Source of the DNA: an uncultured Gammaproteobacteria bacterium
GTDB taxonomy: Bacteria > Patescibacteriota > Microgenomatia > Levybacterales > UBA12049
Reading direction: 5' to 3'
NCBI GenBank assembly: GCA_964525395.1
Contig: CAZGGU010000003.1
Span: forward strand, 2,883-66,882
DNA length: 64,000 nt
Shown here: piece by piece, positions 45,736 through 56,497 of the stretch
How the letters are laid out: every line of letters begins with the position of its first letter
How positions within the stretch are numbered: position 1 is the stretch's first letter
Notes under the pieces: generated by a model
The model's database searches: none
Seen by the model: the letters and a program-made list of their open reading frames with translations, nothing else
What the model was told of the DNA's origin: nothing
Made by a program: the position numbers and the translations under genes

Positions 45736-46731
45736 ATGAAAAAGAAATTACTCTTATCTATTATTACGCCTACATTAAACAACCAGAAAGATATTAAGAG
45801 ATTTCTGAATTATATTAATTCTCAAAAAAAAGAAACATTCAATACTGAAATAATTGTTTTTGATGGTGGATCATCTGATAGAACCGTAGAGATTGCAAGA
45901 AAACTTGGTGCAAAGGTATATGAAAACCCTTTTGTTTTAGCTGATTCTGGAGTTAATTTAGGAATTAAAAAAGCTAAAGGTGAAATCTTGATGATTCTTG
46001 CAGTGGATAATATTTTTTATGAAAAAGATTCACTTCAGAAAATGGTTAATGTTTTCAAAGATAAAACTATTATGGCAGCATTTCCCATACATTCAAGTTT
46101 AAAAAGTGATTCGCTATTTACGAAGTACATAAATAATTTTACTGATCCATTTAATAATTTTGTTTATGGTTACGCAGCAAACGGAAGAACATTTAAAAAG
46201 GTATTTAAAACACTTGAGTCAAATGAACTATATGAAATTTATGATTTCTCTTCAAGTAGTGAAAGGCCTTTAATTGCTTTTGCTCAAGGTTTTACAATCC
46301 GTAAAGGTTTTACAAGAAATAAAGATAGAAGTCACGATGATGTATTGCCGGTAATTGATTTGATAGTGCAAGGAAAGAAAATAGCATTTGTTTATTCTGT
46401 GCGACTGCATCATCACACAGTGCGAAATTTAAGTCATTTTATTAGAAAACAGGCTTGGGCTACTTTAAATTCTCTTCAAAGAAAAAAATATGGAATATCC
46501 TTTCGAAGGGTTTACTTGTCTGAAGGACAGCAGCTTCGGATGAATTTCTGGCCATTTTATTCACTGCTCATTTTTCCAGTAGTCATCAGGGCTTCTTACA
46601 AGCTTGTTAGAGATCGTGATAAATTATGGCTTTTAGATCCTATTTTGTGTATTATTTCTGCTTACACAAGCTTAGTAGTAGGATTATCATATTTATTTAA
46701 TAAAAAAATGGCATTTAAGAGACAAAAATGA
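45736..46731 (+). CDS. GT2-like glycosyltransferase
   Basis: LSIITPTLNNQKDI...EIIVFDGGSSDRT. The DXD equivalent is less clear. Confidence 0.65.
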   Translation: MKKKLLLSIITPTLNNQKDIKRFLNYINSQKKETFNTEIIVFDGGSSDRTVEIARKLGAKVYENPFVLADSGVNLGIKKAKGEILMILAVDNIFYEKDSLQKMVNVFKDKTIMAAFPIHSSLKSDSLFTKYINNFTDPFNNFVYGYAANGRTFKKVFKTLESNELYEIYDFSSSSERPLIAFAQGFTIRKGFTRNKDRSHDDVLPVIDLIVQGKKIAFVYSVRLHHHTVRNLSHFIRKQAWATLNSLQRKKYGISFRRVYLSEGQQLRMNFWPFYSLLIFPVVIRASYKLVRDRDKLWLLDPILCIISAYTSLVVGLSYLFNKKMAFKRQK

Positions 46732-47660
46732 AAACTTTTATTCACCCTTCAGCGATTGTAAAAACAAAAAAAATAGGTGATAAAACTACAATTTGGGCAT
46801 TTTGTAATATTTTAGAAAAAGCCTCAATTGGAGAGAATTGTAATATTAATGATAGGGTTTTCATTGAAAATGATGTTGTAGTAGGAAACAACGTGACAAT
46901 AAAAGTCGGTGTGTCTCTGTGGGATGGATTAAGAGTGGAAGATAATGTTTTTATTGGCCCGAATGCTACTTTTTCTAACGATATTTTCCCAAGAAGTAAG
47001 AAATATCTTAAGAAATATCCTCAAACGGTACTTAAGAAGGGATCTTCTGTCGGAGCAAATTCAACAATTCTCCCAGGGATTACAATTGGTGTAAATTCAA
47101 TGGTAGGGGCAGGTGCAGTTGTAACGAAAGATGTTCCTCAGAATGCAATAGTTGCGGGAAATCCGGCAAGGATAATTGGATATATTGATGCTAAAAATGA
47201 GAAGCTTAAGCAAGTCAATGCTGGAAATGGTCTCAAGAAAAGTAAAAGCCACATAAGAGTTAAAGGTGTTAAGGTCTATTCTCTTCCAGAATTTAGTGAT
47301 ATTAGAGGAGATTTAATTGCTGGAGAATTTCTGGATCAGATCCCTTTTTTAATCAAGAGGTTCTTTATTGTTCACAATGTGCCTAATCAGGAGGTAAGAG
47401 GAGAGCACGCTCATAAAAAATTACAACAATATCTTATCTGCCTGAGTGGCTCTGTAAGTGTAATCGTAGACGATGGTAAAAAATCGGCTGAGATATTGCT
47501 TTCTCCGCTTCAGACAGGGCTGTACATAGGACCAAAAGTGTGGAGCGTGCAGTACAAGTTTAGCAATAACGCTTCTTTGCTTGTTTTGGCTTCAGAAAAG
47601 TACAAATCGGAGGATTATTTAAGAAATTATAATGATTTCTTGGACTTTATTAAAAAATGA
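46728..47660 (+). CDS. WxcM-like bifunctional protein: N-terminal hexapeptide-repeat sugar N-acetyltransferase + C-terminal FdtA-like cupin (dTDP-4-keto-6-deoxyhexose 3,4-ketoisomerase)
   Basis: LbH repeats VVGNNVTIKVGVSL...IGVNSMVGAGAVV. C-terminal RGEHAH motif and cupin strands as in FdtA. Confidence 0.75.
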   Translation: MKTFIHPSAIVKTKKIGDKTTIWAFCNILEKASIGENCNINDRVFIENDVVVGNNVTIKVGVSLWDGLRVEDNVFIGPNATFSNDIFPRSKKYLKKYPQTVLKKGSSVGANSTILPGITIGVNSMVGAGAVVTKDVPQNAIVAGNPARIIGYIDAKNEKLKQVNAGNGLKKSKSHIRVKGVKVYSLPEFSDIRGDLIAGEFLDQIPFLIKRFFIVHNVPNQEVRGEHAHKKLQQYLICLSGSVSVIVDDGKKSAEILLSPLQTGLYIGPKVWSVQYKFSNNASLLVLASEKYKSEDYLRNYNDFLDFIKK

Positions 47661-48763
47661 AAATTAATTATCTTGATATTAAAAGGGCTCATAATTTTAT
47701 TCTTCCTGAGTTAAATAATTCACTTGAGAAGGTAATAAAAAGTGGATTGTTAATTTTAGGTAAAGAGCTAGAGGGGTTTGAGAGAAAATACGCTAAGTTT
47801 ACAGGGACTAAGTATGCTTTAGGAGTTGCTAATGGCTTAGATGCGCTCATACTTTCGTTAATGGCTCTTGATGTTAAGGAAGGAGACGAAGTTATTGTTC
47901 CATCCAATACATATATTGCTACAGTTTTAGCAATTTCTAGAGTTGGTGCAAAACCAATTTTAGTTGAACCAAACAAAGAAACGTATAATATTGATCCGAT
48001 GGAGATAGAGAAAAATATTTCTAAGAAAACAAAGGTAATCATTCCAGTTCATTTATTTGGTCAAGTTGCACAAATGGATGCAATTATGAAGATTGCTATA
48101 AAGCATAAGTTATTTGTCGTGGAGGATAATGCTCAGTCACACGGAGCAAAATATATGAATAAAATGGCAGGTAGCTTTGGGCATATTAATGCTACAAGTT
48201 TTTATCCTGGAAAAAATTTAGGTGCATTAGGGGATGGGGGGATGATCACAACTAATAGTAAATCTTTATATGAAAAAGTGAAGATAATGCGCAATTATGG
48301 TTCAAAAATAAAATACTATAATGAGATCAAAGGTTATAATTCTCGACTGGATGAACTTCAAGCTGCTTTTCTGAAAATAAAACTTAATTATTTGAAATCG
48401 AATAATAAATTAAGAAAAATGAAAGCTGATAAATATCTCTCTGAGTTAAAAAATATAGGAGATATTATTTTACCCATGACAGATTCAAATTCTACGCATG
48501 TTTATCATATATTCAACATCAGAACTAAAAAAAGAGATTCATTGAAGAAGTACTTAGATCAAAATAAGATTGGAAATTTGATTCATTATCCAGTCCCCCC
48601 TCATCTTCAGAAAGCTTATGCCGAATTAGGATTTAAAAAAGGAGATTTCCCCATCGCAGAAGAACTTGCTAGTACTTCGATAAGCCTACCGATTTATCCA
48701 GAATTAACCGATAATGAGCAAAATTTTGTTATATTAAAAATAAAGGAATTTTATGAAAAATAG
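47657..48763 (+). CDS. DegT/DnrJ/EryC1/StrS-family sugar aminotransferase (FdtB-like, PLP-dependent)
   Basis: GVANGLDALILSL...DNAQSHGA...SFYPGKNLGALGDGG, with the Schiff-base Lys present. Confidence 0.85.
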   Translation: MKINYLDIKRAHNFILPELNNSLEKVIKSGLLILGKELEGFERKYAKFTGTKYALGVANGLDALILSLMALDVKEGDEVIVPSNTYIATVLAISRVGAKPILVEPNKETYNIDPMEIEKNISKKTKVIIPVHLFGQVAQMDAIMKIAIKHKLFVVEDNAQSHGAKYMNKMAGSFGHINATSFYPGKNLGALGDGGMITTNSKSLYEKVKIMRNYGSKIKYYNEIKGYNSRLDELQAAFLKIKLNYLKSNNKLRKMKADKYLSELKNIGDIILPMTDSNSTHVYHIFNIRTKKRDSLKKYLDQNKIGNLIHYPVPPHLQKAYAELGFKKGDFPIAEELASTSISLPIYPELTDNEQNFVILKIKEFYEK

Positions 48764-49718
48764 TCCCTTAGTTTCAATTGTTATTCCGACATATAATAGA
48801 AAAATACTTGTTGAAAGATTGATTAAGAGCATATTGAAAAGTACCTATAAAAATCTTGAAATAATTGTGATAGATGACGCATCTGCTGATAATACTCTCG
48901 AATATATATCTTCAAAATTTAGAAAAAATAAAAATATAAAAATTTTTAGAAATAAAATTAATCAGTTTGCTGCAGGAAGTAAAAATATAGGTCAATCAAA
49001 AGCCCAAGGAAAATTTATTGCATTTATAGACGATGATAATGTTGTGGATCAACAAATGATAGAGAAGCTTGTAAATGTTTTGTTAAAAAATGATGTTGTG
49101 GGCGAGGTGGGTCCAATTAACTATAATTTTAATAAAAAAAAATTGGTACTTCTAACTAGATCTACTAGAAATATGTGGACGACCAAAACTAACCATTTAA
49201 GAACTTTTAAGCCGTTTGGGGCTCTTAAAGAATGGGAAGCAGATGATATACCAAATGCTTTCATGGTCAGAGCAGATGTAGTAATTAAAAATAAAATTAA
49301 ATTCAGACCAAAATATGGAATTATGTATGAAGAAAGCGATTATGCATATAGAATCAGAAGGGCTGGCTTTAAAGTTTTGATGGTACGTGAGGCTAAGATA
49401 TATCATGACATTGAGGATTCAAATTCTAAAGAGAATAGTAAAGATTACCTGTATCATTTTATGGAAGATAAAAGAAGACCATTTGTTTTTGCAAGAAACA
49501 GAGTAATTTTTCACTCCTTATATTCAACCCCTTTGCAAAAATTCGTAATTTATTTATTTTGGATTTGGTTTTTCACAGCTTATTACGTTTATAAATTTTT
49601 ATTTTATAATGGATATGGCAATTTTAAGTTTAAAAATAAATTATCTGCAGCAATTAGCTATATAAAAGGGACTTTTAACGGGTTTGGTTTTGCACTTCTG
49701 AAAACCTCTAAAATATGA
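48753..49718 (+). CDS. GT2 glycosyltransferase
   Basis: VSIVIPTYNRKILV...EIIVIDDASADNT...FIDDDNVV. Confidence 0.8.
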   Translation: MKNSPLVSIVIPTYNRKILVERLIKSILKSTYKNLEIIVIDDASADNTLEYISSKFRKNKNIKIFRNKINQFAAGSKNIGQSKAQGKFIAFIDDDNVVDQQMIEKLVNVLLKNDVVGEVGPINYNFNKKKLVLLTRSTRNMWTTKTNHLRTFKPFGALKEWEADDIPNAFMVRADVVIKNKIKFRPKYGIMYEESDYAYRIRRAGFKVLMVREAKIYHDIEDSNSKENSKDYLYHFMEDKRRPFVFARNRVIFHSLYSTPLQKFVIYLFWIWFFTAYYVYKFLFYNGYGNFKFKNKLSAAISYIKGTFNGFGFALLKTSKI

Positions 49719-50527
49719 AGAAATTCAATTATTCTAAGCAGTCAATTTTTAAGTTTTATTTCTTTTATTTATTTTATAAACTATTAATCCCATTTGAAGT
49801 AAAAAAAGGAAAAATAAATATTATTGTAGCGGAGTTTATATGGGTTAGTAGTAAGTTATTTAGATTTAAACCATTCCTCTTTAAAAATTTTACCTCTAAT
49901 TATTATGAAACAAAATTTGGGAAATTTTACATAAATCCAGACTTGATTAGTACAATTGCTGCCTCTCCTTCTTTTGAGAGGAAAGAGATTGAGATTCTTT
50001 TAAAAATGATAGAGTCTGACGTTTCGAATAATAAGAAAATATTATTTATTGATGTTGGGGCATTTTTTGGTCTATATACCGTATTGGTTGGTAATAGATA
50101 TAAAAAATATAAGAATTTGGACATCATGTCATTTGAGCCAGACACATTTTATCTGTCAGATGCCACATTTAATTTAATCAAAAAAAATATAAAGGTTAAC
50201 AATATAAAAAATTCAAAGTTATATCATTTTGGTTTGGGATCAATCAATTCAAACAAAAAAAATAAGAAAGGAATAATTACCAAAAAATTAGACACAGTTT
50301 TAACTAAAAAGATACTAGTTAAATACGATTCAGTATATATAAAAATAGATGTGGACGGTTCAGAAAAAGATGTATTATTGGGTGCAAAGAGCTCTATAAA
50401 AAATGCCAAGGAGATTACACTTCTTATTGAAGATTTTGTTGACCAAAGAATAGTTAAGTATTTATCGAAAGATTTTGAATTTATCTCAAAACCTTCTAGT
50501 TATAACAGTTTTTGGAAAAAGAAATGA
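49715..50527 (+). CDS. FkbM-family methyltransferase (putative sugar O-methyltransferase)
   Basis: IDVGAFFGLYTVLVG...FEPDTFYLSDATFNL resembles the FkbM domain. Confidence 0.55.
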   Translation: MKKFNYSKQSIFKFYFFYLFYKLLIPFEVKKGKINIIVAEFIWVSSKLFRFKPFLFKNFTSNYYETKFGKFYINPDLISTIAASPSFERKEIEILLKMIESDVSNNKKILFIDVGAFFGLYTVLVGNRYKKYKNLDIMSFEPDTFYLSDATFNLIKKNIKVNNIKNSKLYHFGLGSINSNKKNKKGIITKKLDTVLTKKILVKYDSVYIKIDVDGSEKDVLLGAKSSIKNAKEITLLIEDFVDQRIVKYLSKDFEFISKPSSYNSFWKKK

Positions 50528-52812
50528 AGAAGCTATTTTCTCTAAAGTTTTTCAATCTTTTAGCAATAATTTTTATTTTAGCGCTCCCATACTATTTATT
50601 TGATGGAAAGCTATTTTTAGGGGGAGATGACACCAGGCTTCTTTATTCTTATCCAGTTGAATTTGTGAAGAATATAACTTTTTTCTCATGGCATAATGTT
50701 TCAACGACAGGCATTAGTGCAGCAGATCAATATATACTGCCATTTTTATCAGTTTGGGTACTTCTTTCAGCAATCATTCCCTCAAAGTTAATTTTGGCTT
50801 ATCTCGCATTCTCACTCCCTGTGATAGTGGGCATGATTGGTTTTCAAAAATTAGTCAGAGAACTTTTTGAATTAGAAAATAATAATGTCGTGATTTTTCT
50901 TGGTAGCTTATTTTATGTATTTTCTCCAATTCTGATTCAAGATCAGTATTTTATTTTTCTCACAGCAATTTGGCTCATAGGGTTAATTCCTATTAATATC
51001 TATTTATTTATACGGTATTTAAAAACTTCTGATTTTAAATATGTATTTTTTGCCGCCACATTTTGTATATTCTTTTTAGGAATATTATATTCACTTCCAT
51101 GGGTTTTTGGAACATTTTTACCTCTATTTCTTGGACTGATTTTTGTTTCTATATTTTTCAGGAAAAAAGATATTTTATTTTTTATTAAAAAACTATTTAT
51201 TTTTTGTGGATTTATAGGATTAACTCAGTTTTTTTGGATCGCAAATTTTGCATTATCTTATTTTTCGAAGAGTTCAAATAGTTTTGCGCAAAAATTTGTT
51301 TCTCAAGATTTTCTTGACACGTTTACTCCGACTGTATTTACTACTGCAACAGGGAGCATATTTTACCCAATACTCAACTTATTTCATCGACAAATAGCAT
51401 TTGATTTTGAATGGACATTATCAGGAATATTTAATAATTATTATGATAAAACGTATATCTTTAACGTCGTTTTCATTTTTGTTCTTTTTATTGGTCTTTT
51501 ATACTTTCGAAAATATTCAAATAAAAAGAATCAGATTATCTTTATATTTTTATTCATAAGTTTTCTTATCTCTTTGTTTTTATTCACGGTTAACATAGGA
51601 CCTTTAAAAGATTTGTTTACATACTTGAGATATGTTCCCGGATTTATTATGTTTAGGAATTTCTATGACAAATTTGCAATTGGCTACATTCTAATTTACT
51701 CCTTATTAATAACTTACTCATTGTTAATAGTTCATTTGAAATTTAATATAAAATTTTGGCTAGTATTTGGAATATTTTCGCTAGCGATATTCTTTAATTT
51801 TTTACCAATTAAGCAAACTATAAATTCTCCTCTGTGGAAAACTAAGTCAATTTATCGTGTGATAAATATTCCAAATGAATATTTGGAAACTATGAAATTT
51901 GTTAATTCGGAAATTCCTTCTACGAACACAATTTTAAGTGTTCCTTTTGGAGCATCGATCTACACTGTGATAAAAGAAGATAAATCAAATAACGTTTATG
52001 TGGGTGCTTCTCCTGTCAGGATTTTTAGCGGAGTAAATGACATTTCAGGTCATTATTCATTTAATTTTAGTGATCAGGCAAATACAATAGACGCTGTATT
52101 TGTAGATAGAGAATTTGAAAAACTAAAGAAAATTCTTTTTGAATATAACATTAATTATATTCTGGTCACCAAGAATTTACCTGAAGAAGTAAAGAGGGCG
52201 AAGTGGCTTTATGATGAGCAAATGCTTTCTGTTCAGAATCAGGAATTTATAAATGGCATTGCAAATAAAAAGATATACACAAGCGATAATAAAAATTATG
52301 AGATTTATGATCTGAAAAATAAAAATACGATTCTTTCATCAAAAAACATTACATATCAAAAAGTAAGTCCAGTGAAGTATAGATTTTTTATTAGAAATAT
52401 AAATTCACAAAATTTAGACTTTCATGATACATATCATGGTGACTGGAAGATTTTTATCCAAAAAAATCCAAATTTAAATTGGTGTAAAAATAAAAAGTTT
52501 CTCAAAAGTGATGTAGTCGAATGCCAAGAAGCAAAAAAACTATTTGAAATTAATGATTTGAAGTATTTCTTTGAGAAACCAGTTTTTGATGACAAACATA
52601 GTACTGTTTTTGGATACGGCAATAGATGGAGTATAAACAATAAAGAAATTTCTACTAACTATAATCAAGATTTTTATGTAAAAAATAAAGATGGAAGTAT
52701 TGATGCAGAATTCGTTCTTTATTTTAAGCCGCAAACCTATTTTTATTATGGTTTTATTTTCTCATTCGTAGTCTATTTATTAGGAGCAATTTATGTCATC
52801 AAAAAAAGATAA
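50512..52812 (+). CDS. large polytopic membrane protein with C-terminal extracytoplasmic domain (GT-C-like, uncharacterised)
   Basis: 766 aa. About 14 TM in the first 450 aa, then a hydrophilic domain and a terminal TM. Confidence 0.5.
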   Translation: MEKEMKKLFSLKFFNLLAIIFILALPYYLFDGKLFLGGDDTRLLYSYPVEFVKNITFFSWHNVSTTGISAADQYILPFLSVWVLLSAIIPSKLILAYLAFSLPVIVGMIGFQKLVRELFELENNNVVIFLGSLFYVFSPILIQDQYFIFLTAIWLIGLIPINIYLFIRYLKTSDFKYVFFAATFCIFFLGILYSLPWVFGTFLPLFLGLIFVSIFFRKKDILFFIKKLFIFCGFIGLTQFFWIANFALSYFSKSSNSFAQKFVSQDFLDTFTPTVFTTATGSIFYPILNLFHRQIAFDFEWTLSGIFNNYYDKTYIFNVVFIFVLFIGLLYFRKYSNKKNQIIFIFLFISFLISLFLFTVNIGPLKDLFTYLRYVPGFIMFRNFYDKFAIGYILIYSLLITYSLLIVHLKFNIKFWLVFGIFSLAIFFNFLPIKQTINSPLWKTKSIYRVINIPNEYLETMKFVNSEIPSTNTILSVPFGASIYTVIKEDKSNNVYVGASPVRIFSGVNDISGHYSFNFSDQANTIDAVFVDREFEKLKKILFEYNINYILVTKNLPEEVKRAKWLYDEQMLSVQNQEFINGIANKKIYTSDNKNYEIYDLKNKNTILSSKNITYQKVSPVKYRFFIRNINSQNLDFHDTYHGDWKIFIQKNPNLNWCKNKKFLKSDVVECQEAKKLFEINDLKYFFEKPVFDDKHSTVFGYGNRWSINNKEISTNYNQDFYVKNKDGSIDAEFVLYFKPQTYFYYGFIFSFVVYLLGAIYVIKKR

Positions 52813-53755
52813 AAAAATAAAATATTTAATCTGCGCCACTATTTTTGGTTTATTAATTTTTTGGTGGAGCGCATCACTACTTTTTAACGAGAGTATAAGT
52901 TTTAAAGTATTAAGATACCATCATGAATTGTCTGGAGATGTTAATTCAAAAATATTAAAAGGAGATAAAATTAATAGTGAGTTTTATTCTAAGAGGCAAA
53001 ACTTAGGAATAGTAAATATCAAATTCAACAGGTATGTTAAACCTGATTTTGAAAAAGAAGATCAAATTATTTTCAGAATTAAAGAAAAAGGAATGAAAGA
53101 CTGGTTATATGAACAGAAGTATCAATCAGGGCTTTTCCAAGATTCGCCAATTTTTCCATTTGGATTTCCAATAATTACTAACTCAAGCGATAAAGACTAT
53201 CAAATTCAAATAGAATCCTTAAAAGGGAATAACTCTAATGCTTTAAGTTTAAGAAATAAAGATTATGAGGTGGATTACTTTAATACAAATCAAGATATTA
53301 AAAAGAACGTTCCTGAATATTTAATTCTAAAATCAATAAATTCTGTTTTAGATTTGAATTTCTTAATTTATTCGAGTGTTTTTTTGATTCCTTTATTCAT
53401 TTTTCTTTTTTTAATTTCTTTATTTAGGAAAAAAAATAAAAAAAACAAATATTTGCTGTTTGTCTCAATATCTTTAATTTTTATTGATATATTTATTGTT
53501 CCCGTTTATACATTTGGAATTCTGATAATTTCTATTTTAGTTTGGCTTATTAATATGAGAGTTAATAAAATAAGTAGTAATTTTAACTTTACATTTGCAT
53601 TCATTTTGTTTCTCATCTGGATTTTCTTGAAACTATTGAACATAGACGTATATACATCAAAGCTTAATATTTGGACATATGTATTTTTATCCATTGGCGC
53701 AGGAACGCTTTTATTAGAAAGTAAATTAAAAATAAGAAAAAATGCAAAAATTTAA
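52793..53755 (+). CDS. hypothetical membrane-anchored protein
   Basis: N-terminal TM, 180-aa hydrophilic domain, C-terminal 4 TM. Confidence 0.45.
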   Translation: MSSKKDKKIKYLICATIFGLLIFWWSASLLFNESISFKVLRYHHELSGDVNSKILKGDKINSEFYSKRQNLGIVNIKFNRYVKPDFEKEDQIIFRIKEKGMKDWLYEQKYQSGLFQDSPIFPFGFPIITNSSDKDYQIQIESLKGNNSNALSLRNKDYEVDYFNTNQDIKKNVPEYLILKSINSVLDLNFLIYSSVFLIPLFIFLFLISLFRKKNKKNKYLLFVSISLIFIDIFIVPVYTFGILIISILVWLINMRVNKISSNFNFTFAFILFLIWIFLKLLNIDVYTSKLNIWTYVFLSIGAGTLLLESKLKIRKNAKI

Positions 53756-54488
53756 TTACGAAAATAAACAATATCTTAGTAAATTGAATGATTTAGGGGA
53801 AAGTTATTATTCTAAATACATCTCGTTTATTAAGTTCTATTCGAAAAGAAAAGATAAAATTTTGGACGTAGGGTGTGGAACTGGGACAGTACTCTTTAAT
53901 TTGCAAAACAAAGGTTTTGTAAATCTTTATGGTATTGATGTTTCTCGGATGTTTATTAAGGAAGCCCAAAGGAAGAAGCTAAAAAATTTGAAATCTTTTT
54001 CAGGTAAAAAATTTCCTTATAAAAATGAATCATTTAATGTCGTAGGCTCATTTAATGTCTTAGAGCATACCCAGAATCCAAACTTTTTCATAAGCGAACA
54101 GATAAGGCTTCTTAAACCGGGTGGTAAATTAATAATAGCCTGTCCCAATTTCCTGTCGATCATGCTTATCAATAATTGGCATCCAAGATTGAGAGGTTTT
54201 AGGCAAAAATCAAAAAATTTTGTTTGTGTCCTTAAGAAAGTGCTTGATAAAAATTCTGAATTTGAAAAAATAAAACCGATTAAAATGAAAATCTTTAAAT
54301 ATGATAGCGATGCGATAGTCATTACTAATCTTATCGATTTAAAAAGACAGTTGAAAAAAGAAAAATGTGAAATAATATACGAGAGTGGTTTTATAAAAAT
54401 GGATTCATATATAGTTAAGATTTTGAATTTGGTTCCCTTGATAAGATATGTAAGTCCCTCCTGCTTTATAGTCGCTCAAAAAAAATGA
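53742..54488 (+). CDS. class I SAM-dependent methyltransferase
   Basis: ILDVGCGTGTVLFNL motif I. LKPGGKLIIACPNF. Confidence 0.7.
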   Translation: MQKFNYENKQYLSKLNDLGESYYSKYISFIKFYSKRKDKILDVGCGTGTVLFNLQNKGFVNLYGIDVSRMFIKEAQRKKLKNLKSFSGKKFPYKNESFNVVGSFNVLEHTQNPNFFISEQIRLLKPGGKLIIACPNFLSIMLINNWHPRLRGFRQKSKNFVCVLKKVLDKNSEFEKIKPIKMKIFKYDSDAIVITNLIDLKRQLKKEKCEIIYESGFIKMDSYIVKILNLVPLIRYVSPSCFIVAQKK

Positions 54489-56497
54489 AAAATATTTCTA
54501 ACTTGATTCAGCTCTCAATAATCATCGTACTTATTTTAATCGTATTTAGAGCATGGATTTTTGGCAGTATTATTTCAGCGGGGGATAATTGGTATTACTA
54601 TCCTTCGATGTACAGTAATCATTTTCTAAATCCTTACTCTTGGTATACTCAAGCAACGGCAAATGGATTGGGCGGTCAGGGATTCGCTTATATAAATACA
54701 TACATTGTTGTTGGATTCCTTTTAGAAATTGCTAAATTATTTCATCTTTCTTGGGATCTGACTTCAAAATTAGGCTTATATATTCTCTTTTTAATCATCT
54801 CCTCAATTTCATCAATATTTTTAATTAAAAAACTTTTTCCTGAAAATAGAGTTTGGATACTTGCCCCATTTATTTTTATTTTTAATACCTATGTACTAAT
54901 GACAGTGGGCGGGGGACAAATAATAACCGCACTTTCATATTCACTTGTTCCATTTTCTATTTATTCTGTAATTTCACTAATTGATCTAGAGAAGAGAAAT
55001 CTAAAATTAAAATTTGTTTTTTTAACATCAATATTATTTTTTCTTCAAGCAATTTTAGATTTAAGAATTGCATTTGTCACAACTATTGCTGTTTTTGTCT
55101 ATTTAATAATTTCTTTTATTCAAAATAAATTTAAATTAAATTTAATTAATTCTATTTACTTCGTATGTGCATTTTTATTGTTTGCATTGATGTGTTCTTA
55201 CTGGTTAATTCCAATTCTTTTATATGGAATAAATCCAATCGAACAGTTAGGCGTAGATTATAGTTCAGCGACAATTGTAAAATTTTTAAGTTTTGCAAAA
55301 TTAGAAAATTCATTAGGACTTATGCATCCATATTGGCCAGAAAATATTTTTGGAAAAATTGGATTTATGAAAGCAGAATTTCTATTTCTTCCAATTGCGG
55401 CATTTTCCTCATTATTATTTCTTGATAAAGAAAAAAGAAAATATATTTTATTTTTTGCACTGATTGGGCTTTTCGGTATATTTTTAGGAAAAGGAGCGAG
55501 CGAGCCATTAGGTGGTGTTTATTTATTTTTATTTGAACACGTCCCAGGGTTTCAATTATTCAGGGATTCAATAAAATGGTATGTTTTAATTGCAATCTCA
55601 TTTTCAATTCTCATTCCTTATTCCCTAGACAAGATTTCTTTATTGATTGAAGAAAAAATTAATAAGAAAAACTTTTACTTATTAGTTGAAATTCTATTTA
55701 TTATTTACATTTGCATTTTTCTTAGACCTGCTTTTATGAATCAATTAAGTGGAACATTTAAGGAAAGAATAATTCCTAAAGAATATATTTCTCTAAATAA
55801 TTTTTTATCATCTCAAAATAATTTTTACAGAACGCTTTGGGTTCCTAATACTATGCTGTTAGGTTATTATTCAAATATGAATCCTCAGATTTCAGCAAGA
55901 GATTATTTCAAAGAATATTCCCAAGAAAAATTGTATAAAGTTATTGCGAAAAATGAATCAAATAACTCTTTAGATTATGCTTCTGTTAAATATGTGATTA
56001 TTCCGAAAGATACAGAAAAGGAAATATTTTTAACTGACAGAGAATTTGATAAAGAAAAATATAAAAATGCAGTTAAATCTTTAGATAAAATTTCATGGTT
56101 GGAAAAGGTGAAAGCATTTGGAGACATAGTTGTTTATGAAAATAAAAATTATAAAGATCATATTTGGTGTGATTGTGATGCAAAGATTAATTATCAATTT
56201 GTAAATCCAACTTTATATAAAATTTCAGTTAAAAATTATAAGAAAGGGGATAAAATAATTTTCTCCGAAGCATATGATTCTTTATGGACAATTAATGATG
56301 GTAAAAATATAAAAAATTCAGAAAGATTTGAAAAAAGCCTTAACAGTTTTATATTGCCTGGAGATGGAAATTATACGATTGAATATTCTGCGCAAAAGTT
56401 GGTAGATAAAAGTTTAATAATAAGTTTAATCGCAGTATTTTTAACAATTAGCGGCCTAACATTTTTAGTAATAAAAAATAAAAATGAAAATAAATAA
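54485..56497 (+). CDS. large polytopic membrane protein with extracytoplasmic domain (GT-C-like, uncharacterised)
   Basis: 670 aa. About 13 TM, then a soluble domain and a terminal TM. Architecture parallels 50512-52812. Confidence 0.5.
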   Translation: MKNISNLIQLSIIIVLILIVFRAWIFGSIISAGDNWYYYPSMYSNHFLNPYSWYTQATANGLGGQGFAYINTYIVVGFLLEIAKLFHLSWDLTSKLGLYILFLIISSISSIFLIKKLFPENRVWILAPFIFIFNTYVLMTVGGGQIITALSYSLVPFSIYSVISLIDLEKRNLKLKFVFLTSILFFLQAILDLRIAFVTTIAVFVYLIISFIQNKFKLNLINSIYFVCAFLLFALMCSYWLIPILLYGINPIEQLGVDYSSATIVKFLSFAKLENSLGLMHPYWPENIFGKIGFMKAEFLFLPIAAFSSLLFLDKEKRKYILFFALIGLFGIFLGKGASEPLGGVYLFLFEHVPGFQLFRDSIKWYVLIAISFSILIPYSLDKISLLIEEKINKKNFYLLVEILFIIYICIFLRPAFMNQLSGTFKERIIPKEYISLNNFLSSQNNFYRTLWVPNTMLLGYYSNMNPQISARDYFKEYSQEKLYKVIAKNESNNSLDYASVKYVIIPKDTEKEIFLTDREFDKEKYKNAVKSLDKISWLEKVKAFGDIVVYENKNYKDHIWCDCDAKINYQFVNPTLYKISVKNYKKGDKIIFSEAYDSLWTINDGKNIKNSERFEKSLNSFILPGDGNYTIEYSAQKLVDKSLIISLIAVFLTISGLTFLVIKNKNENK

